In this document: in pieces, positions 54,123 through 55,769 of the stretch
Position numbering within the stretch: position 1 is the stretch's first letter
Layout: every line of letters begins with the position of its first letter
Origin: Candidatus Omnitrophota bacterium
Lineage (GTDB): Bacteria; Omnitrophota; Gorgyraeia; B26-G9
NCBI GenBank assembly: GCA_022013205.1
Contig: JAKLQT010000198.1
Span: 1-55,769, forward strand
Length of the DNA stretch: 55,769 nt
Reading direction: 5' to 3'
Notes under the pieces: generated by a model
Databases searched by the model: none
What the model saw: the letters and a program-made list of their open reading frames with translations, nothing else
What the model was told of the DNA's origin: nothing
Translations under genes and position numbers: made by a program

Positions 54123-55472
54123 ATGAGAAATAAATTCATCCTGATGTTAGCTGTTTTAAGTTTGATTTTTTTAGTGATAATAATCAGCTCGCATAGTGTA
54201 TACCATTATAATCGTAGTATTAAAGACAAGAAAGAAAAAGCCTGGGCCCTTGCTAAAACAATTTCCAAAGCAATTGAATTGCCAATGCTTGAGGGAGAAA
54301 TGCAAACAGTACAGGATATACTGGGAACTGTCGGCCAGCTTGAAGACCTTAAGAGAGTACATATCACTGACGACAAGGGTGTGGTACGTTATAGCGCTCA
54401 ACCGGAAAGAATTAACACACCTACAGGTTCTGCTATTATTATGCAGGCTATAAAAAAGAAGGCAGAAGTGGATGATTTTGAGCACAGGGAGGATGACTAC
54501 ATTTTTTCATTGGCATTACCTATAAATAATGAAGAACGCTGTTATCCCTGTCATGGCTCAGAGAAAGATCTTCTGGGTGTGCTGCGTGTAGGTATGGATT
54601 GGATACCGATAAGGAATACCCTGATGCGGGTTTTGCAAAGAGATGTTCTTGTGGCAATGATTTTTTACTTAGGTATTCTTATCCTCTCGTTTTTGTTCCA
54701 AAGGCTCTATAATAACGCGGAGCAGGCTCATACTCATCTGCAGCAGGCTCAGGAGCAGCTTATAAAAACCGAAAAGATGGCGGCAATCGGCCAGATGGCC
54801 GCGGCGATCAGCCATGATTTGAGAAATCCGCTTACTGGAATTAAAATGGCTGCTTATTATCTTGGGAGTAAAATCGATAGAACTGATTTAGAAATAGATA
54901 ATATCTTAAAGGATATTGAGCTTGAAATTGAGTATGCCAGCAATGTAGTAACCAATATTCTTACTTATTCCAGGCCCGCGCAGCTGATTTATAAGCGCGC
55001 GGATATCAATAAGATAATTGAAGATACCATGCACTTTGTATTTTTACAAAACAGAGATTCTCATATAGAATTAATTAAAAATTATGATAAAAATATACCT
55101 GAAATGCTCATGGATAATAAGCAGATCAAGCAGGTTATAATTAATTTACTTGCTAATTCTATGCAGGCAATGCCTGATGGAGGCAAGCTGACTATACAAA
55201 CAGGTTTGAAGCCGGAAGAAGTGGAGATTAAAATCACTGATACCGGAGCGGGTATCGAACTAAAAAACCTTGAGCGGATATTTACCCGGTTCTTCACTAC
55301 AAAAGCCAGAGGAGTGGGGCTGGGCCTTTCAATTGTCAGCAATATAGTACAAAAGCACGGTGGTTTTATTGAAGTGAATAGCGGATTGGATAAAGGCGCC
55401 TGCTTTACGGTTCACCTACCCATACATATAAGCTCGGATGACCGCAGGCAGGTAGATTATGAGAAAGATTGA
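54123..55472 (+). CDS. Sensor histidine kinase with a periplasmic CxxCH (c-type-haem-like) sensor domain
   Basis: TM1 (ILMLAVLSLIFLVIIIS), periplasmic region containing ERCYPCHG (54540-54554), and TM2 (VLVAMIFYLGILILSFLF). H-box AAISHDLRNPL, N-box LLANSMQAM, DTGAGI, GVGLGLSI. Confidence 0.85.
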   Translation: MRNKFILMLAVLSLIFLVIIISSHSVYHYNRSIKDKKEKAWALAKTISKAIELPMLEGEMQTVQDILGTVGQLEDLKRVHITDDKGVVRYSAQPERINTPTGSAIIMQAIKKKAEVDDFEHREDDYIFSLALPINNEERCYPCHGSEKDLLGVLRVGMDWIPIRNTLMRVLQRDVLVAMIFYLGILILSFLFQRLYNNAEQAHTHLQQAQEQLIKTEKMAAIGQMAAAISHDLRNPLTGIKMAAYYLGSKIDRTDLEIDNILKDIELEIEYASNVVTNILTYSRPAQLIYKRADINKIIEDTMHFVFLQNRDSHIELIKNYDKNIPEMLMDNKQIKQVIINLLANSMQAMPDGGKLTIQTGLKPEEVEIKITDTGAGIELKNLERIFTRFFTTKARGVGLGLSIVSNIVQKHGGFIEVNSGLDKGACFTVHLPIHISSDDRRQVDYEKD

Positions 55473-55769
55473 GCAGGTTGGCAGGATAATAGAAGAAACA
55501 GATGATCCAGGTTTATTAGTGGAAAAATTATTGATGTGCTTTGACGGCATCAATGAAGAGCAGGCCCGGGAATTTATGCGGCAAATCAGTTTAAAGATGG
55601 ATGATTTTAAGGGCAAAAACAAAAAATATGTTTATCCTTCCGCCCGGCGTTCTGTTCATTCCCAAAGGCTTGCCGCAATGGGACAGATGGCCGCGGCGAT
55701 CAGTCATGAGTTGCGTAATCCATTAAGCGGAATAAAAATAGCCGCTGAATATTTGCTGCACAAGATCAA
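55459..55769 (+). CDS. Second histidine kinase, 3'-truncated by the window edge
   Basis: The ATG at 55459 overlaps the upstream stop. MRKIEQVGRII...RLAAMGQMAAAISHELRNPLSGIKIAAEYL (H-box). The frame is open to the window end, so it is absent from the ORF track. Confidence 0.75.
   Translation, partial: MRKIEQVGRIIEETDDPGLLVEKLLMCFDGINEEQAREFMRQISLKMDDFKGKNKKYVYPSARRSVHSQRLAAMGQMAAAISHELRNPLSGIKIAAEYLLHKI

Overview
AT-rich bacterial window in which every credible gene is on the + strand. It has two very different halves.

(1) About 0.5-32.4 kb is an accessory cell-envelope island, bordered on its 5' side by a decayed IS4-type transposase.
- It carries 13 radical-SAM (rSAM) genes in about 25 kb: 6 class B (B12-binding-domain) enzymes, one of which is interrupted by a single in-frame TGA; 4 paralogues with an N-terminal CxxC...CPxHG zinc-ribbon that resemble the archaeal tetraether-lipid synthase family (Tes / GDGT-MAS / MJ0619); and 3 SPASM/twitch-type enzymes.
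- Two further rSAM gene fragments lie in spacers.
- Interleaved with these are a duplicated pair of GT-C-like polytopic membrane proteins, a YfhO-like membrane protein, a WbqC-like protein, two DegT/ArnB-type aminotransferases, two GT2 glycosyltransferases and an O-antigen-ligase-like/TPR protein.
- I could not match this combination to a described pathway. It is the best candidate in the window for a novel system, probably radical-SAM tailoring of a membrane lipid or lipid-linked glycan.

(2) About 32.8-50.4 kb is a complete dcw cluster (mraZ-rsmH-ftsL-ftsI-murE-murF-mraY-murD-ftsW-murG-murC-murB-ddl-ftsQ-ftsA) with a consensus sigma70-like promoter and three 10-bp-phased GTGG (MraZ-box-like) repeats. 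It has several oddities:
- murE is frameshifted at an A4 run.
- murB carries an in-frame insertion of about 60 codons.
- Structured non-coding elements sit upstream of mraZ, between rsmH and ftsL, and in a 570-bp gap between murF and mraY. Two of them are homologous copies in opposite orientation.
- CTCATAA-type heptad arrays bracket murF.
- No ftsZ follows ftsA.

The window ends with a REC-HD-GYP regulator, pilT, another rSAM gene and two histidine kinases, the first with a periplasmic CxxCH motif. All family assignments come from motif recognition by eye; no database search was run.
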